Source: Octopus sinensis (lineage: Eukaryota). Taken from it: 64,000 nt of DNA. Below the pieces are notes generated by a model. The model saw nothing but the letters and a program-made list of their open reading frames with translations, was not told the DNA's origin and did no database searches. The translations under genes and the position numbers were made by a program. The stretch lies in NCBI RefSeq assembly GCF_006345805.1, contig NC_042998.1, positions 174,344,001-174,408,000 on the forward strand. The letters are read 5' to 3'. This document shows, piece by piece, positions 1 to 13,271 of this stretch (the first letter of the stretch is position 1; every line of letters starts with the position of its first letter).

Positions 1-43
1 ATCAACCGGAACCCTCGTCGTCGTAACCGACGGAGTGCTTCCA
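1..43 (+). mobile_element. 3' tail of a SINE (tail type T1), cut by the window edge
   Basis: atcaaccggaaccctcgtcgtcgtaaccgacggagtgcttcca matches the 3' end of the full SINE at 5683..6064. Confidence 0.85.
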
Positions 44-471
44 TAACCCATAAGGACCAAAAGTAGGTTTACAGTTATCACTTAGGCACTTTAAATTTCT
101 TTTGAAACATTTTATTACATTTAAATTTCTATCTTACAGACGGAAAAAGGGAGCTTCACAAAATTAACTAAATTAGCATAGAATAATGGATTCATATTTT
201 ATATAATTAAGTTCTAAATTATTATTATATGAATGCGACAGAGATAGTTGAATAACTGTAAACCTACTTTTGGGCCACCCTATACTTTCCCCTCCTACCC
301 GGTACATTCATCACTATGACAATCCAACCAGTATCTATACAATAAATTCTATAGTTTCCTCGGTGGCCACGTTACTGTTTAAAGTGTAATCATCTCAGAC
401 AAATCAGATATTTCAATCTTTTGTCTCGTATTTCTATATTAGTAGTAGTTATAGTAATATTTTTATTATCA

Positions 472-684
472 AGATGGCAAGATGACACATTGTTACCGCG
501 TCGGACAAAATGCTTAACAGCATTTCTTCCAACTCTTTGCGCTCTGAGATCAAATTCCGACGAGTTAATTTTTCCTTTCGTCCTTTCGAGGTCGATAAAA
601 TAAGTCGCAGGTAAGTACGGGAATGGATGTAATCGACTTGACACTTCTCATCAAATTTCAAGCCCTGTGCCTACAACAGAAACA

Positions 685-690
<6 letters not shown>
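472..690 (+). mobile_element. SINE-like dispersed repeat, family B, diverged copy
   Basis: Shares aaaatgctta..., gagatcaaattccg, cctttcgaggtcgataaaataagt, gatgtaatcgact and the tgtgccta tail with about 12 other copies in the window. Confidence 0.75.
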
Positions 691-714
<24 letters not shown>

Positions 715-716
<2 letters not shown>

Positions 717-920
717 GGTACTAAACTGACAGAATCCTTATTGCGACGGAGAAAATGCTTAACGGTAATTTTTCCGGTTCTTTACGTTCTGAGATTAGCT
801 TTGCATTTTATCCTTTCGAAGTTCATAAAATAAATCCCAGCCAAGTACTGGGTCGGCGTAATTGGCTAAGCCCTACCCTCTAAAAATTTGCTAGCCTTGT
901 GCCAAAATTTCAGATAATCA
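715..920 (+). mobile_element. SINE-like repeat, family B
   Basis: Same motif order: gacagaatc...aaaatgcttaacgg...tttacgttctgag...cctttcga...aagtactggg. Confidence 0.7.
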
Positions 921-929
921 TTTAATCAT

Positions 930-1135
930 TAGAGTGGTAGATTTGCAAAGCTTTTAGATCGTCGGACAAAATAGAATTTAGTTGTCTATTCTACGTTATG
1001 AGTTCAAATATCGCCAATATTATATGTACCTTTTATCATTCTGGGGTCAATAAATGTGAGATACTATGTAAATACTGAGGTTGAAGTAATTGACTAGACC
1101 GTTCCCTTCAAATCTGGTGACCTTGTACCTAACCA
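930..1135 (+). mobile_element. SINE-like repeat, family B, diverged
   Basis: gtcggacaaaat...gagttcaaat...ggggtcaataaa...gactagaccgttccc...ccttgtacct. Confidence 0.6.
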
Positions 1136-1147
1136 ACTGCTATATAT

Positions 1148-1630
1148 GGCGGCGAGCTGACAGAATCATTAATAAAAAAAATAAATGCGCACTTTTAAAG
1201 CCTAACCAGGCTCATGGGCCCGGTTTCCATGGCGTATGTGTTCCCCAGCTGGATAGGACTCCAGCCCATCGCAGCGTTACTCATTTTTGCCAGCTGAGTG
1301 GACTGGAGCAACGTGAAACAAATTGTTTTCCTCAAGAACACAACGCGTCGCCTGGTCTAGCAATCGAAACCACAATCTTACGATCATGATGCTGACACCC
1401 GAACCACTAAGCCACGCGCCTCCACGACAGAATCATTAGTATTGGAAAAATACTTTGTGGTATTTCTTTACATTCTAAGTTCAAATTCTGTCGAGTTCAA
1501 CTTTACCTTTTATCATTTTGGGGTGAATAAAATAAAATACCAATTTTATAAAGTACTGGGATCGAGAATATTGACAAAATGCCTTCCCTCAAATCTGCTG
1601 GGCGTGCCTCAATCAGAAACAATTGTTATT
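1148..1630 (+). mobile_element. SINE-like repeat, family B, interrupted by a nested SINE
   Basis: Head ggcggcgagctgacagaatcatta at 1148; body resumes at 1426 after the insertion; gagttcaa B-box-like motif. Confidence 0.7.
1172..1425 (-). mobile_element. tRNA-derived SINE (head H2 + body B2 + tail T2) with 13-bp target-site duplication
   Basis: Minus strand reads ggaggcgcgtggcttagtggttcgg...gtttcgattgc (A/B boxes), then ctccagtccactcagctggcaaaaatgagta and gcgatgggctggagtcctatccag; gacagaatcatta duplicated at 1159-1171 and 1426-1438. Confidence 0.85.
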
Positions 1631-2570
1631 TAGTCTCATCCTCCCGCCGCTTTCTTTTGGTCAGGGAGGGGAGACAGCAATTATATTTCTGATGATCATA
1701 GTGAGAGAGGTTGTATGGTGGGCGAGATTGAAACGGCTGAAGAGAGGCATTAACCCTCTTTGATAAACTCTCATCAATTTTTCCAAGTGAAACTTGAAAA
1801 TGAATGTCCGAGGCCATAATAGAGAACACTGAACTCGAAACCATGTGGTTCTTCGTCCTTACTTTTTCTACTATTTTAACTCTTTAGCGGTACTTTTAGA
1901 ATTTTTTATATTTTCCACTGAATAAGTTAAAACACAGCCTAGCTCGAGAATCAATTTTAAAAAAATGTTTGTTGGTAATCATGAAGTTTGTCTGAAAGAT
2001 AAACAAGAGGATCTGGAACTCATATCTTAAAATATTCTATACTCTTATGTAATCAACATGGTCAAAACCTTTATTTTAATCAATAAAATATTTATATTCT
2101 TTTATTTGAAATCATAAGATTCAATTTAGACTGATCTTACATTAACAATTGTATCTCTGACGGGTCTACTTTTACAGAATCTAGTTTCTTCTTGAAGTAG
2201 ATGAACTTTGAAAAACTTTTCTAATCGATAAAGCAATTTAAGCATAACTTTGGTTGCGTTGGATATAAATGCTATTTTGAGAGAGTATCACCAGTCTTTC
2301 TGATGTCTCTTCTTTGATTTTGGAAAATAGATCGATATTTTCCAAAGAGATGGGCATTGTATTTTTGTGGCCAAAACATGTCGTGCAATTTTGCATGTCT
2401 TTTACACCTCTCTTACATGATTCCAAAAGTATACTTCGATTGATTATTGATTTCAATGATTTCATCATTCTTTCCATCATACGTGTTTCAACAGCATCTT
2501 CACAAATATTATATATTCCTTTGTCGCGTTTTTTCGCAGTTTTGCATAAATTTGCGATATGACCTTTCCA

Positions 2571-2623
<53 letters not shown>

Positions 2624-2696
2624 ATCATCATCATCATCATCATCATCAATCATCATCATCATCATCATCGTCGTCGTCGTCGTCGTCGTCGTCGTC

Positions 2697-2728
<32 letters not shown>

Positions 2729-2770
2729 TATTATTATTATTTTATTATTATTATTATTATTATTATTATC

Positions 2771-2802
<32 letters not shown>

Positions 2803-2860
2803 ATCATCATCATCAATCATCATCATCATCGTCGTCGTCGTCGTCGTCGTCGTCGTCATC

Positions 2861-2891
<31 letters not shown>

Positions 2892-2915
2892 GTCGACGTC
2901 GTCGTCGTCGTCATC

Positions 2916-2986
<71 letters not shown>

Positions 2987-3046
2987 CAATCATCATCATC
3001 ATCATCAATCATCATCATCATCATCGTCGTCGTCGTCGTCGTCATC

Positions 3047-3077
<31 letters not shown>

Positions 3078-3108
3078 GTCGACGTCGTCGTCGTCGTCGT
3101 CGTCGTCG

Positions 3109-3139
<31 letters not shown>

Positions 3140-3150
3140 CATCATTATTA

Positions 3151-3193
<43 letters not shown>

Positions 3194-3275
3194 CAATCAT
3201 CATCATCATCATCATCAATCATCATCATCATCATCATCATTATCATCGTCGTCGTCGTCGTCATCATCATCATCA

Positions 3276-3334
<59 letters not shown>
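2571..3334. repeat. Compound trinucleotide microsatellite (ATT/ATC/GTC) with higher-order blocks
   Basis: About four blocks of (ATC)n-(GTC)n-(ATC)n-(ATT)n punctuated by tcaatc; the 267-307 aa poly-I/H/Y/S ORFs come from this repeat. Confidence 0.95.
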
Positions 3335-3336
<2 letters not shown>

Positions 3337-4689
3337 ACCTTCTATTAAAGATTTATTGTTGAATTTTTAAGCTGAAAATGTTAGAGGTAAATCTATTAGT
3401 TCTCCGCTCAATTTAGCTGTTTATTATTTTAGCTTTGTAACTTAAAATTTTATTAAATTTTGTTAGAGAGTTTACAAATGCATCCATTATCATCTTTCCC
3501 TTATATCTTTCAAAATCTTCATTCAATAGCTTTAAGCCCTATTTGTTTCATTGTGGATTCTTAATTTGAACTGTTTTCCTTCTGTGATGACTTCAATTGA
3601 TTTCTGTGATTGCTATTGAAAATTTTTATCCATTTCATTATTGGCATGATTTTTATTCTGAATTTTTCTTTTATAATTTATTTCACTTGAATCTAAACAC
3701 TCCACAAGGATCAATGGAAGTCTTATTAGCTAAATTTGATGCAGTTTTGTAGAATTTCTTTTAAAGTAGATTTTCGTTTTTATTTACTTTCCCTTTTAGG
3801 TTTTCATTTCAAATTTAATTTAAGGATGAGAATTCATCGTTAAATTTTCCTAGATTTTATTTACACTAGCTTTATTTGCATTTGTATACAAACTTCCCGT
3901 TTGTCAATATTTCAATTATAGAAACACAGTTTGTGTATTTTAAAGAACGTATTCATTCTACAGAGAAAATTGCCTTAGAAAACGTTAAGTTTCGGACAGT
4001 CTTCATTTCTGTTGGCAAATCGTCCAAATTACATGCTATATATATATATATAACTTTTACTTGTTTCGGTTGTTTGAATGCTGCCATGCTAGGGCACTGC
4101 TTTGAAGGGTTTTTTAGTTGAACAAAACCCCAGAACTCTAAGTTACACAATATATATAACATATGTAAGCACAAACGAAAAGCAGTCACCGAACTCTCAT
4201 CAGTTATCTGTCAAAGGTTCTTAGCAATTCTGCGTCTATAACGATAATATTACTCCCATATGGTGGCATCGGCGACGATAGACCGCCGGAAAGTAGTGAA
4301 TCACCGAACAAGCGACCAAATATGACCGAAAGTGAAAATGCATATGAAATATACAGTATACAAATGAAATAATAATCAAGACGAGACGAATAGTGGACGG
4401 ACAAGCGATAAAGATGAAAACAAACAAGATGAAATGCGGACTTACGAACAATATATAAGATAAATAAACAAAATAAAGCGTTAAGGCCAGGCGAAAATAT
4501 GGTTACCGCTACGAGGAATATCCTAAAGGATTAGAAGCAGAGAGACGAGAGACAGCAAAGCGTGTAGAAAGTGGGAGTTGAAAGAAACACAACCAGTCGC
4601 CTTGGTGATCGGCTTGAAACAAGAAATGGAGATGGGAGATGACGGTGATATATATGTATCAAGATTAATCAGCCGAAATTGCGAGGATG

Positions 4690-4789
4690 ATCCGGTTCTT
4701 GACTGAAGATTAGAGCCTTCGAATGACCCGTCCGTGTTTTTTGTATCGTCTTTTTGAATGTTTTGCGTTATTGTTCCATTTGTATTTAT

Positions 4790-4790
<1 letters not shown>
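4690..4790 (+). repeat. Dispersed repeat fragment shared with about 19590..19720
   Basis: Both sites carry cgaatgacccgtcc...tgtatcgtct...tg(a/g)atgttttg and are followed by microsatellite. Confidence 0.55.
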
Positions 4791-4821
<31 letters not shown>

Positions 4822-4829
4822 GTATATAT

Positions 4830-4871
<42 letters not shown>

Positions 4872-5682
4872 TGGGGTGGATATAAAGTTTCCAAGACGTG
4901 CAGCAGGTGACAAGAAAGAACTGAATCAAGTATTATATTTTTTAGTAACAAAACATGATCAGTCAAAATATGATTAGCATATTCCATTATTATATCGATT
5001 ATACACACATACAAACGCGCGCGCACGCACACAATGTTATCCGTTAGGTAATTGAAGATAGGGTATAAATGTCTGGTGTTCTTGTTTTTGTATGTGTGTG
5101 TTGTTCTTGACTGTGAAACTTTCTTTTGTATTCTCATTGTTTTAATTTGAACTTCACTGGAATTTTAGTTCTTGTAGAGTAAAATGTGTTTAGGGAGTTC
5201 TCGGATGCTTGGTTTATGGTGCTTTTGTTGTATTATACCATATTGTACTAGTGTGATCCGTGTAAATTCCACCGAATGAAAAACATTAAGAGGACCTAAT
5301 TAAAAAAGAAAGGATAATTTGTATTTTTATCGCATTCATAGTTTAGCTTTTTCTAAATATACCTGACGTTCGTCTACGTTCATTTCTTCGCGTCTTTTCC
5401 GGCGTTATCTATTTCGTCTTTTTATTATATCCTTTCGCTGTTCCTCTCTGATTCGTGCTCTATATCTGCCCATCATTTCTCGGGCACCTTGCAACCATGT
5501 TTCTTGTGAATCCATAGTTGCACTTATGCCCATGTGTTAAGTGATGGTCGCTATAAAATAAATTAGTTCAATAAAAAATACTTTGCACTATCAACACACC
5601 ACTATCATCATCATCATTATAATTTTCAGTAACAAACCTCATTTCAGTTCAACTTTTGATAATACAAACATTATCTGCCTCT

Positions 5683-6064
5683 GGAGGCGCAATGGCCCAG
5701 TGGTTAGGGCAGCGGACTCGCGGTCATAGGATCGCGGTCTCGATTCCCAGACCGGGCGTTGTGAGTGTTTATTGAGCGAAAACACCTAAAGCTCCACGAG
5801 GCTCCGGCAGGGGATGGTGGTGATTCCTGCTGTACTCTTTCACCACAACTTTCTCTCACTCTTCCTTCCTGTTTCTGTTCTACCTGTATTTCAAAGGGCC
5901 GGCCTTGTCACTCTTTGTGTCACGCTGAATATCCCCGAGAACTACGTTAAGGGTACACGTGTCTGTGGAGTGCTCAGCCACTTACACGTTAATTTCACGA
6001 GCAGGCTGTTCCGTTGATTCGGATCAACCGGAACCCTCGTCGTCGTAACCGACGGAGTGCTTCC
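5683..6064 (+). mobile_element. Full-length tRNA-derived SINE (head H1 + body B1 + tail T1)
   Basis: tRNA-like head ggcccagtggttagggcagcggactcgcggtc...gtctcgattccc; flanked by imperfect duplication aca(t/c)tatctgcc; related heads at 13272, 27716-28003 and 31757. Confidence 0.9.
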
Positions 6065-6081
6065 ACACTATCTGCCGCTCC

Positions 6082-6112
<31 letters not shown>

Positions 6113-6387
6113 TATCTATCTCAATATAACTGCCTACCCTGTCAATTCTCTGTCTATCTACCTTTCTTTAACCTCACCACCAATACATCCCTCTCTGCTA
6201 AATATTGTATCTTATTGATGGTGTACGTTAAAATCTGAAATTGCGATCCTGCTATGTATGTTGGGAAGTTATCTCCTTATTTCAGTCATTAAATTCAGTG
6301 ATTTTGCAGTTTTGAGCTATTCTAATTCTTATTTTTAGTACCATCTGCCACTTTTGTGACCTCTATATCTGTCTATCTATCTATCTA

Positions 6388-6432
<45 letters not shown>

Positions 6433-6527
6433 TTATATATAGTTGAAATTTACAGAGAAACAAAAGACGAAGACAGGTGTATAAACAATAAGCAGTATAT
6501 TAGTTTGACACTCGGCGAGGTGAGAAA

Positions 6528-6566
6528 ATCTATTACATTTCGAACTTACGCTCTTCAACAGAAAGG
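6528..6566 (-). ncRNA. Minimal hammerhead-like motif (CUGUUGA core) in a (TA)n-adjacent repeat of about 6430..6640
   Basis: Minus: CCTTT CTGTTGA A GAGC GTAA GTTC GAAAT GTA ATAGA; homologous to 19806 and 45588 copies but more decayed. Confidence 0.4.
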
Positions 6567-7739
6567 AACACGGGGAAATAAACAAAGAGAGAATACAAAA
6601 AAAACTTTTGGAGTTAGCGGTCAATCATATATACCATATATATATTCATATATGTGTATGTATGTGCGTGTGTGTGTTTGTGTGTGTGTGTGGCTGTGCA
6701 AACCTACAGCTACTTTACTTTCTCCTATCAATGCCTTGTCAAGCTTAGTCATCTACTTAAACTATAGTTATGTCTGTGATTGTGTACGTGTGCGCGCACA
6801 CCTGTAAACGTATGTTATATATTTGTCCTCCGTCGACTACGTAGGTTTTTATCATCTTTACCACCCATACCACTGTTTGTTAATTGCAATGTTTTATCGA
6901 CTTTAACTACACTGTTAACACTCTCTTTAACGCTCCTTAAAACCCTTTGTCCCTCTATCTATACTGTGTATAGTGTAACTGGAGAAATCAGCCAACCAAC
7001 TAACATTTATATCGACTCACTGTACAGAGATAATAGAATGAGTATAGGAAAATATATGGAAAAATATTGAGAAGTGTTTTTAAATATATAAAGTTAAAAT
7101 AAGGGAAATTACTATAATTAGTCCGATACTCTACACCAGTGTGGTTCGGTGTCGTTGAATATAATCTCCTTATGACGTTGATGGAGATCCAAATTTTAAA
7201 ATGTACTTAGTACATTAGTAAAGTATGGGCGGATTTTGAACCCCTAGCTCTTAGGATTTAATCAAATCCCTGGTTTCAGAGAGTTCTTGAGCATAAGACA
7301 CCTCTCTGTTGTGCACGACCCACATCCCCTGCTGCCATTGAAATGAATTAGCCTCTCTCTACGATTTTTTAATTGATATTATAGTCTACGCTCGTCTTTT
7401 TCTTTCTCAGTTCTGCCTCAAGGTATTGAAAGTAGAAATGTGATTGTTAAATATCGCTTTGAATTTTCTTATTGCTATGTCAGTCTACCACTTTTGACTT
7501 GTACCGTGGTCTGGCTTGGATGCTCTGATTTCTGCCTCGTACATAATAACCTTTGTCTTGCATGTGTCATTAAGCAGACACGCACATTTACTTATAAAGA
7601 CGGAGTAGACTTATGTGAAATTATTTACTTCCTGTGAGGGTTAGAACTAAAGCTAATCTTAAGATTATGCCTGATGAACACTTTCCCATATTCATGGCTA
7701 CTGGAGAAGTATTTATCTATTAAACCTATAAGCCTTAGC

Positions 7740-9700
7740 AGTATTTATTTCGGTATTTAGCAAACAGAGGGACATGAAAAGATGATATTACGACGTAATT
7801 TATTTCTATTGGCTCCAGAACTAAGAGTATTGCAAATATTCTTGTTGTCGCCACTCTCTTCCAGCATACCACTACTATATGAATACTGTTTATACAAATG
7901 AACATCGGCCAGGATTGGTTTAGGGAGTTCATTGAACAAGTACTCGCTACTGAGTGTCGAACAGTATATTACAGCGGACCAATGAATTCCTTATTGATTT
8001 ACTACTAAGCTTCTTTCCATTGATATGCTATGGATTGCAGAGTAACAGCACCAGTATTATTTTACCACCTCAAACTTTCCGTTTCAGATCAAAGAGAGTT
8101 TCAAACTATTAATAACTCTAGCTTCAATATTTCTACGGGAAATACGAAGAATAAGCTCAAGTTCCTACAGAGAGGAAATTAAGTGTCTATTCCTTACAGA
8201 AACTCATTAAAATCATTTTTTCTTACATATTGAAATACAGTAAATATTTACAGCGAATTTCCAGCTGATTAAGCAAGTAAATTCAAAAAGAAATTTGCAA
8301 ACTTCTTTCACATGTTAATGCCAGCAAATACACTAGAATTCTTTTCAAACTTATGTGAATCTGTTCTGGTTTTCAATAAACACAATATCCTCAAAATAAT
8401 CGGAATACAGATGCTACTCGATGGAGTTTTTTAAAACGTACATAGAGGAAATCCTTGAAATTGTTAATAGCCAATAGCACATGCAATATAGTAACTATAG
8501 AAAATCGATCTACAGTAGTTTACACTGGTGCACACAAAAACAGACAAACCTTCCATGAGAGTGTAACTGTGACTGTGTGTTCTGGCGTAAACTAGTGCGT
8601 TTACTGGTGTCCTTTGACGTTTCAAAGTTAATTTAGCCATTCGGTAAATAAAGACTATAAAATAAGAATTTAATTAAATATTGATGGCAATATAATCGAT
8701 TAAAAAACGCTTGAATGAGGTGTTCCAGTAAGGGTGGTCGAAACCAGAAAAGAATACTGCAAAAAAGTGTGTGCGTGTGTGTGTGTGTGCGTGTGTGTGT
8801 GTGTGTGTGTGTTTCTAGGCGGTTGGGTAAAGAGTGTAGAGGCTCTGTCGTTGGGTCGTTTTTTTTCTTTGTGCCAAAAGTATGCGATTCGTTTCAACCG
8901 GAAATTAAAACTCACACTTAATTCACATTGAATTTTGTTTCCACTTTTAAGATGCTCTTCATATTACATCGCATTGTTTTCTGTTAATTTGACACTACTC
9001 TGTATTTAAGTTTTAGTAACTAAATGAAGTTGATTTATATTCATTTCAACTGACAATCGAAGTAGTATTGTGAACTCGTTTTGCCATTGGCTTTTCAAAT
9101 CCTCTAATTCAACACGGCACTATGTCACGTTATACAGAAATAACAAATCCTTCCCACGGCATTTGACTGCTTTGATACATTATTCTTTGCATCTGATATA
9201 ATTAGATTAATCCTTCTGACATGACAGTTAGCTCAACGAATAACACCAAATGTCTTGTTAACAATTCCGACTCCCTATTCATTATATTATAATGCATAGA
9301 AAGGTGACAAAATGTTTATTGTAATGGGCTAAGACTTCACCATTATAGATAATCGATGGAACTTCTCTGATGAAACATATTTATTAAAGCTAATAAAATT
9401 AATATTTGATCAAGATTCTTTTCATTCAGTCAAATTCTCACCTTTTCCTTTTTTGCTTTTAGTGTTGACAAAATAAATACAAATCAAATCAAAGGTTGTT
9501 AATTAATTTATTAAACTACTGCTTCAAATTTTTTGGCTTTCTCTTAATACTGTAAATCCTTATTTTAAATTCACATAGAGTGGTGGATGGTGGGATTTCC
9601 ACTAATATTACTGAACCTCCCAAGCTGCCATTCCTTACACACTATAGTACTCTTAAACTGTCCTCTTGATTATATCAAATAGATTTTACTTCCTATTTCT
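7740..9700 (-). mobile_element. Possible highly decayed Penelope-like/non-LTR retroelement remnant
   Basis: Only short frameshifted peptide echoes on minus (SEYLFN, LLVLEPIEI...P) resembling a PLE endonuclease C-terminus; no continuous ORF. Confidence 0.2.
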
Positions 9701-10484
9701 CTTTTTAACTCTTTTTGGCTCTGCCTTTCACTATCATTACAATCATGCAGTCACTAATCACGATCTCTCTTCAAATTGCTCTAGCGCAGCAAAGTGATTC
9801 ATAACGGTGGTGTCATTGCTCTCAAACTATGTCCCAAGGCTAGCTTCTATACTATTCAAACTTTTCAAGTTGTCTCTCTAAAAAGATATATCTATCATGG
9901 AAACTATATTGTCCTTTACTCTACCTATGACAGATACAAAATAAACTCTCGACGACTTTGTAAATGCTAGGTTTCTAAATCTTTGACAACCTCTCCACAG
10001 AGACCGTACATATATAGCATTAGCAAAACTTCATCCTAAGTGTATGCATGCTCTTCAAAGCTAGTAAAATGTTTCAGACCTTATCATTCGTTGCACGCAA
10101 AAACATCATAGAATGCATTTAATAGGCAACCATTGGGCAAACTGCCGATGATTCCTTCGCAGACGGACTATAAATACTGCTTTGCAGATTCACTATTTAT
10201 CCTTTTTCTGCCGTTACAACGGCATCTGCCTCTCTGAACCTCTACTAAGGTTCCATAGAACCTCCACTAAGCCCTTTCGATACACCTGTTTCTCTTTCTT
10301 TCGCCATACCTAGCGTGCTTCAGTATTCTTTTCGTATAGTATCTCGCACTAACCGTTCTTACATCAAGCTGCATACGTTTTATTTACTACAAAAGTAAAA
10401 CTATATATGTTCACACTGAGCATCAAATATATCAGTATGATGTGTCTATAGAGTCCATGAGTATCACCCTCCGATATAGTGGTT

Positions 10485-10690
10485 TCAAAGTTTGACACAA
10501 GGCCAGCAATTTCAGGAGCGGAAGTAAGCCGATTACATAAACCTCATTATTCAACTGGTACTAATTTATCAACCTCGAAAGTATGAAAAACAAAGTTGAC
10601 CTCGGCGGAATTGGGACTCAGAAAATAAAGACGGACGAAATACCATTACGCATTTCGCCCGGGGTGCTAACAATTCTGCCAGCTCGCCAT
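10485..10690 (-). mobile_element. SINE-like repeat, family B
   Basis: Minus: ggcgagctggcagaattgttagcaccccgggcgaaatgcg...ccgccgaggtcaactttg. Confidence 0.8.
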
Positions 10691-11161
10691 TGCATCTCCC
10701 TTCACCGTATTAAAATTAGTAGCACTCATCGCCTTGAAATATTTAGTTTCATCTCCTTATTATATACTAACTTCGAATGCTACTCCTGTCCACTTTGCTT
10801 TCTATGCTACTGAAGATGGTAAACTTACTTTTACACGACACTTGTGCATTCTTGTGACAATGTCTTGTGACGATGTAAGAAATCGATATTTTTGTTTCAG
10901 TTTTCTTATCATATAATATTATACACCTTCAAACCCGATTCTGCATTACAGCTTCGATTAGTGAGATAGGTAGAAAAATATTTATCGCTTTATTCCACAA
11001 AGATAGGCAATAAAACATAGTGATTTTATGCCTTTAGAAAGGATATTAAACTAAGACCAGACTTCAACACTTAAATGGAATTTATTTGTTTATATATGTA
11101 CATATACATGCATACTTGTACTATGTATGTATGTATATATATATATATATATATATACAGA

Positions 11162-11202
<41 letters not shown>

Positions 11203-11454
11203 GTTATGAGAGGTAATGGTGTCAGTAAGATCCAAAGGTGTCAGGTGATGCTGAGTAAGTGCTATGGATAGACCATAGTTAAGTTTCGGTGACTGTGCGA
11301 ATAAGGAGTCCAACGTAGGTCATATATCAGCGTGTGTATATACAAAAATATCTTGGAAAAAGCTGTAAGACCTACTTATAAATGTTCTATCTTCACAGGC
11401 TTGGTTTTTTTATCGCATTCTGAAATATATATATGTGTTTGTGTGTGTGTGTGT

Positions 11455-11600
11455 ATGTGTGTGGTAAGAAGCTTGTTCCGCAATCACATGGTTCCGAGTT
11501 CTGTCCCACAGCGTGGTACTTTGGCCTACAGTCTTATTTAGCCTCGGGCCTTTTGAATGGATGTGGAAATTAAAAGAGGCCCATCGTCTGTATATATGTG
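11455..11600 (+). mobile_element. SINE family A, partial 5' part
   Basis: gtgtggtaagaagcttgttcc...cacatggttccgagttctgtcccac...gcctcgggcc matches the head of 14400 and 54904 copies. Confidence 0.7.
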
Positions 11601-11989
11601 TGTGCGTTGCATTTATGTACACTCATATACACAAGTCTTAGGCATGTTTGTTAGTTTTAGTTCAGGTATTCGCGAAATATTTAAGAATTGGAATATCATC
11701 ATTTACGAATAAAATACAACATTCACATGTATTTATATTACTTTATAAGTAGCTATAATTTATATGTAAATCCCATGCATAATTTAGATAGAAATTTAAA
11801 CATTTGTGGATTATAAGGGACATAACTATTTTTGAAAAATTCATGAGTATTATTTATATGTAAAAAATTCAAGTTATTTCCAGTTTTTTCTATTTTATCG
11901 GTGGAGAGTATTACCGTTTAAAATCAAAATTGCTGAAGAAACAGGAACTATCTCTATTTCAGGATTCAATCAAAGGCATAAATTCTTCA

Positions 11990-12220
11990 TTTTCAAAAAC
12001 CTCTTCAAATCGACATAACCTAACAGGTTAAATGTTCTCGTTCTGTAGTTCAGACCACAATAAAACGTTTCCAAGCGACAAAAATTCATCTAAGCAGAGA
12101 AAGATCTGAAAGAAAACGTGACACAACAACAAAGAGGACTGAAAGATTTAGAACTCCTAAGATAGAAATCGCCTATTGATCATCTGTGCTGTCTGCCGAG
12201 ATAAATGAATAAGGGTCATT
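11990..12220 (+). pseudogene. Tc1-type transposase N-terminal (HTH) fragment
   Basis: Translates KCSRSVVQTTIKRFQATKIHLSRERSERKRDTTT, then frameshifts to ED.KI..S.DRNR, matching the Tc1 pattern and the element at 57310. Confidence 0.5.
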
Positions 12221-13051
12221 GAAAATATCAAAGGATGCAAAACTAAAGAGAAGCTATAGTTATCCGAAGCTAATCAAAAGTAACGTCTTCAATGATCTAA
12301 ATCTTATGTCAATTATGATTAATCGAAACTTCTCTGGTACGACGAAATATACTATCAGCTATGTTATATCTGTTATCTGTTATCATATTGTATCTAGTAT
12401 CAGCTGCATTATATCTCCAGTATATATTTTAAGTGGTTCATTAATAAAATAATTTGCTTTTCAGAAAATGGATTCTGTTTTCATTTACTTTTTCTTTTAC
12501 AGTAAAGGTACGCCAGAGAGCTGATGAAAATTATAATAATAAAATACTGGTACGCTAAACGTATATAACTCTTAATATATTAATTTATTATTATTTTTAC
12601 AGCTAATTATTTACCCTGGGTATTCGGACCTTTTTCCTTCATAAGCTATTTTTGATTTAAGGTTTCTTTGATTTTTATAATATGATTTTAAACTGCAATT
12701 TGTTATTTCATGCAACCGGTTATTGAAAAGACCAATGAAACAAAACCATTTTCAAATGTATATCTATCAAAGTAATTGTATTTCCGCATATAACTTTGTG
12801 TCGCTCCATTCTAAACAAAACTGTGCGACGAATGGGAACGCGAAACTCTGAGTAACACTTTTGTGATACTTTTGCTGCAAAATCAGAAATCTGGGATCTA
12901 TAATTATCCAGTAATTTTTTACTAGTTTCATCTTGTCTCTTTGTCTTTTCTCCATGTTGCTATATGAAAACTTAAGGTGGTTTTAGGGTCGGTTCATGCC
13001 TGCTATTTTCAGCATGGTGGTATCTCGTAGATACCCTAATTTATAATTTTA

Positions 13052-13094
<43 letters not shown>

Positions 13095-13271
13095 CGCGCA
13101 CATATGTGGATGATAGTATTCTAAAAAAAAGTTTTTAATATTTAATTTCATATATATTGTTTAGTGTGTGCGTGTGTATGAGAGAGAGAGAGGGGGAGAG
13201 AAAAAGAGAGAGAATGTGATAAAGTAAGTAGAATTTGCAATAAAAATTTGCAGTTTTATTTTGATTTAACT

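Noticed and set aside
2447-3370. 307-aa and 267-aa ORFs rich in I/H/Y/S/R
   Set aside because: Translations of a stop-free trinucleotide microsatellite; no domain or splice context
2238-4130. Possible coding sequence or retroelement flanking the compound microsatellite
   Set aside because: Peptides on minus look vaguely transposon-like, but I could not recognise any motif
5683-5760. tRNA gene (TCG anticodon-like)
   Set aside because: No proper acceptor stem, and the head continues into a SINE body; the same applies at 13272, about 27925-28000 and 31757
7670-7700. CTGATGA hammerhead core
   Set aside because: No GAAA half or stems follow; at most a deleted remnant
12481-12550. Possible small upstream non-coding exon (acceptor ending 12502, gtacgc donor)
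   Set aside because: Weak donor; such signals are frequent by chance and there is no transcript evidence
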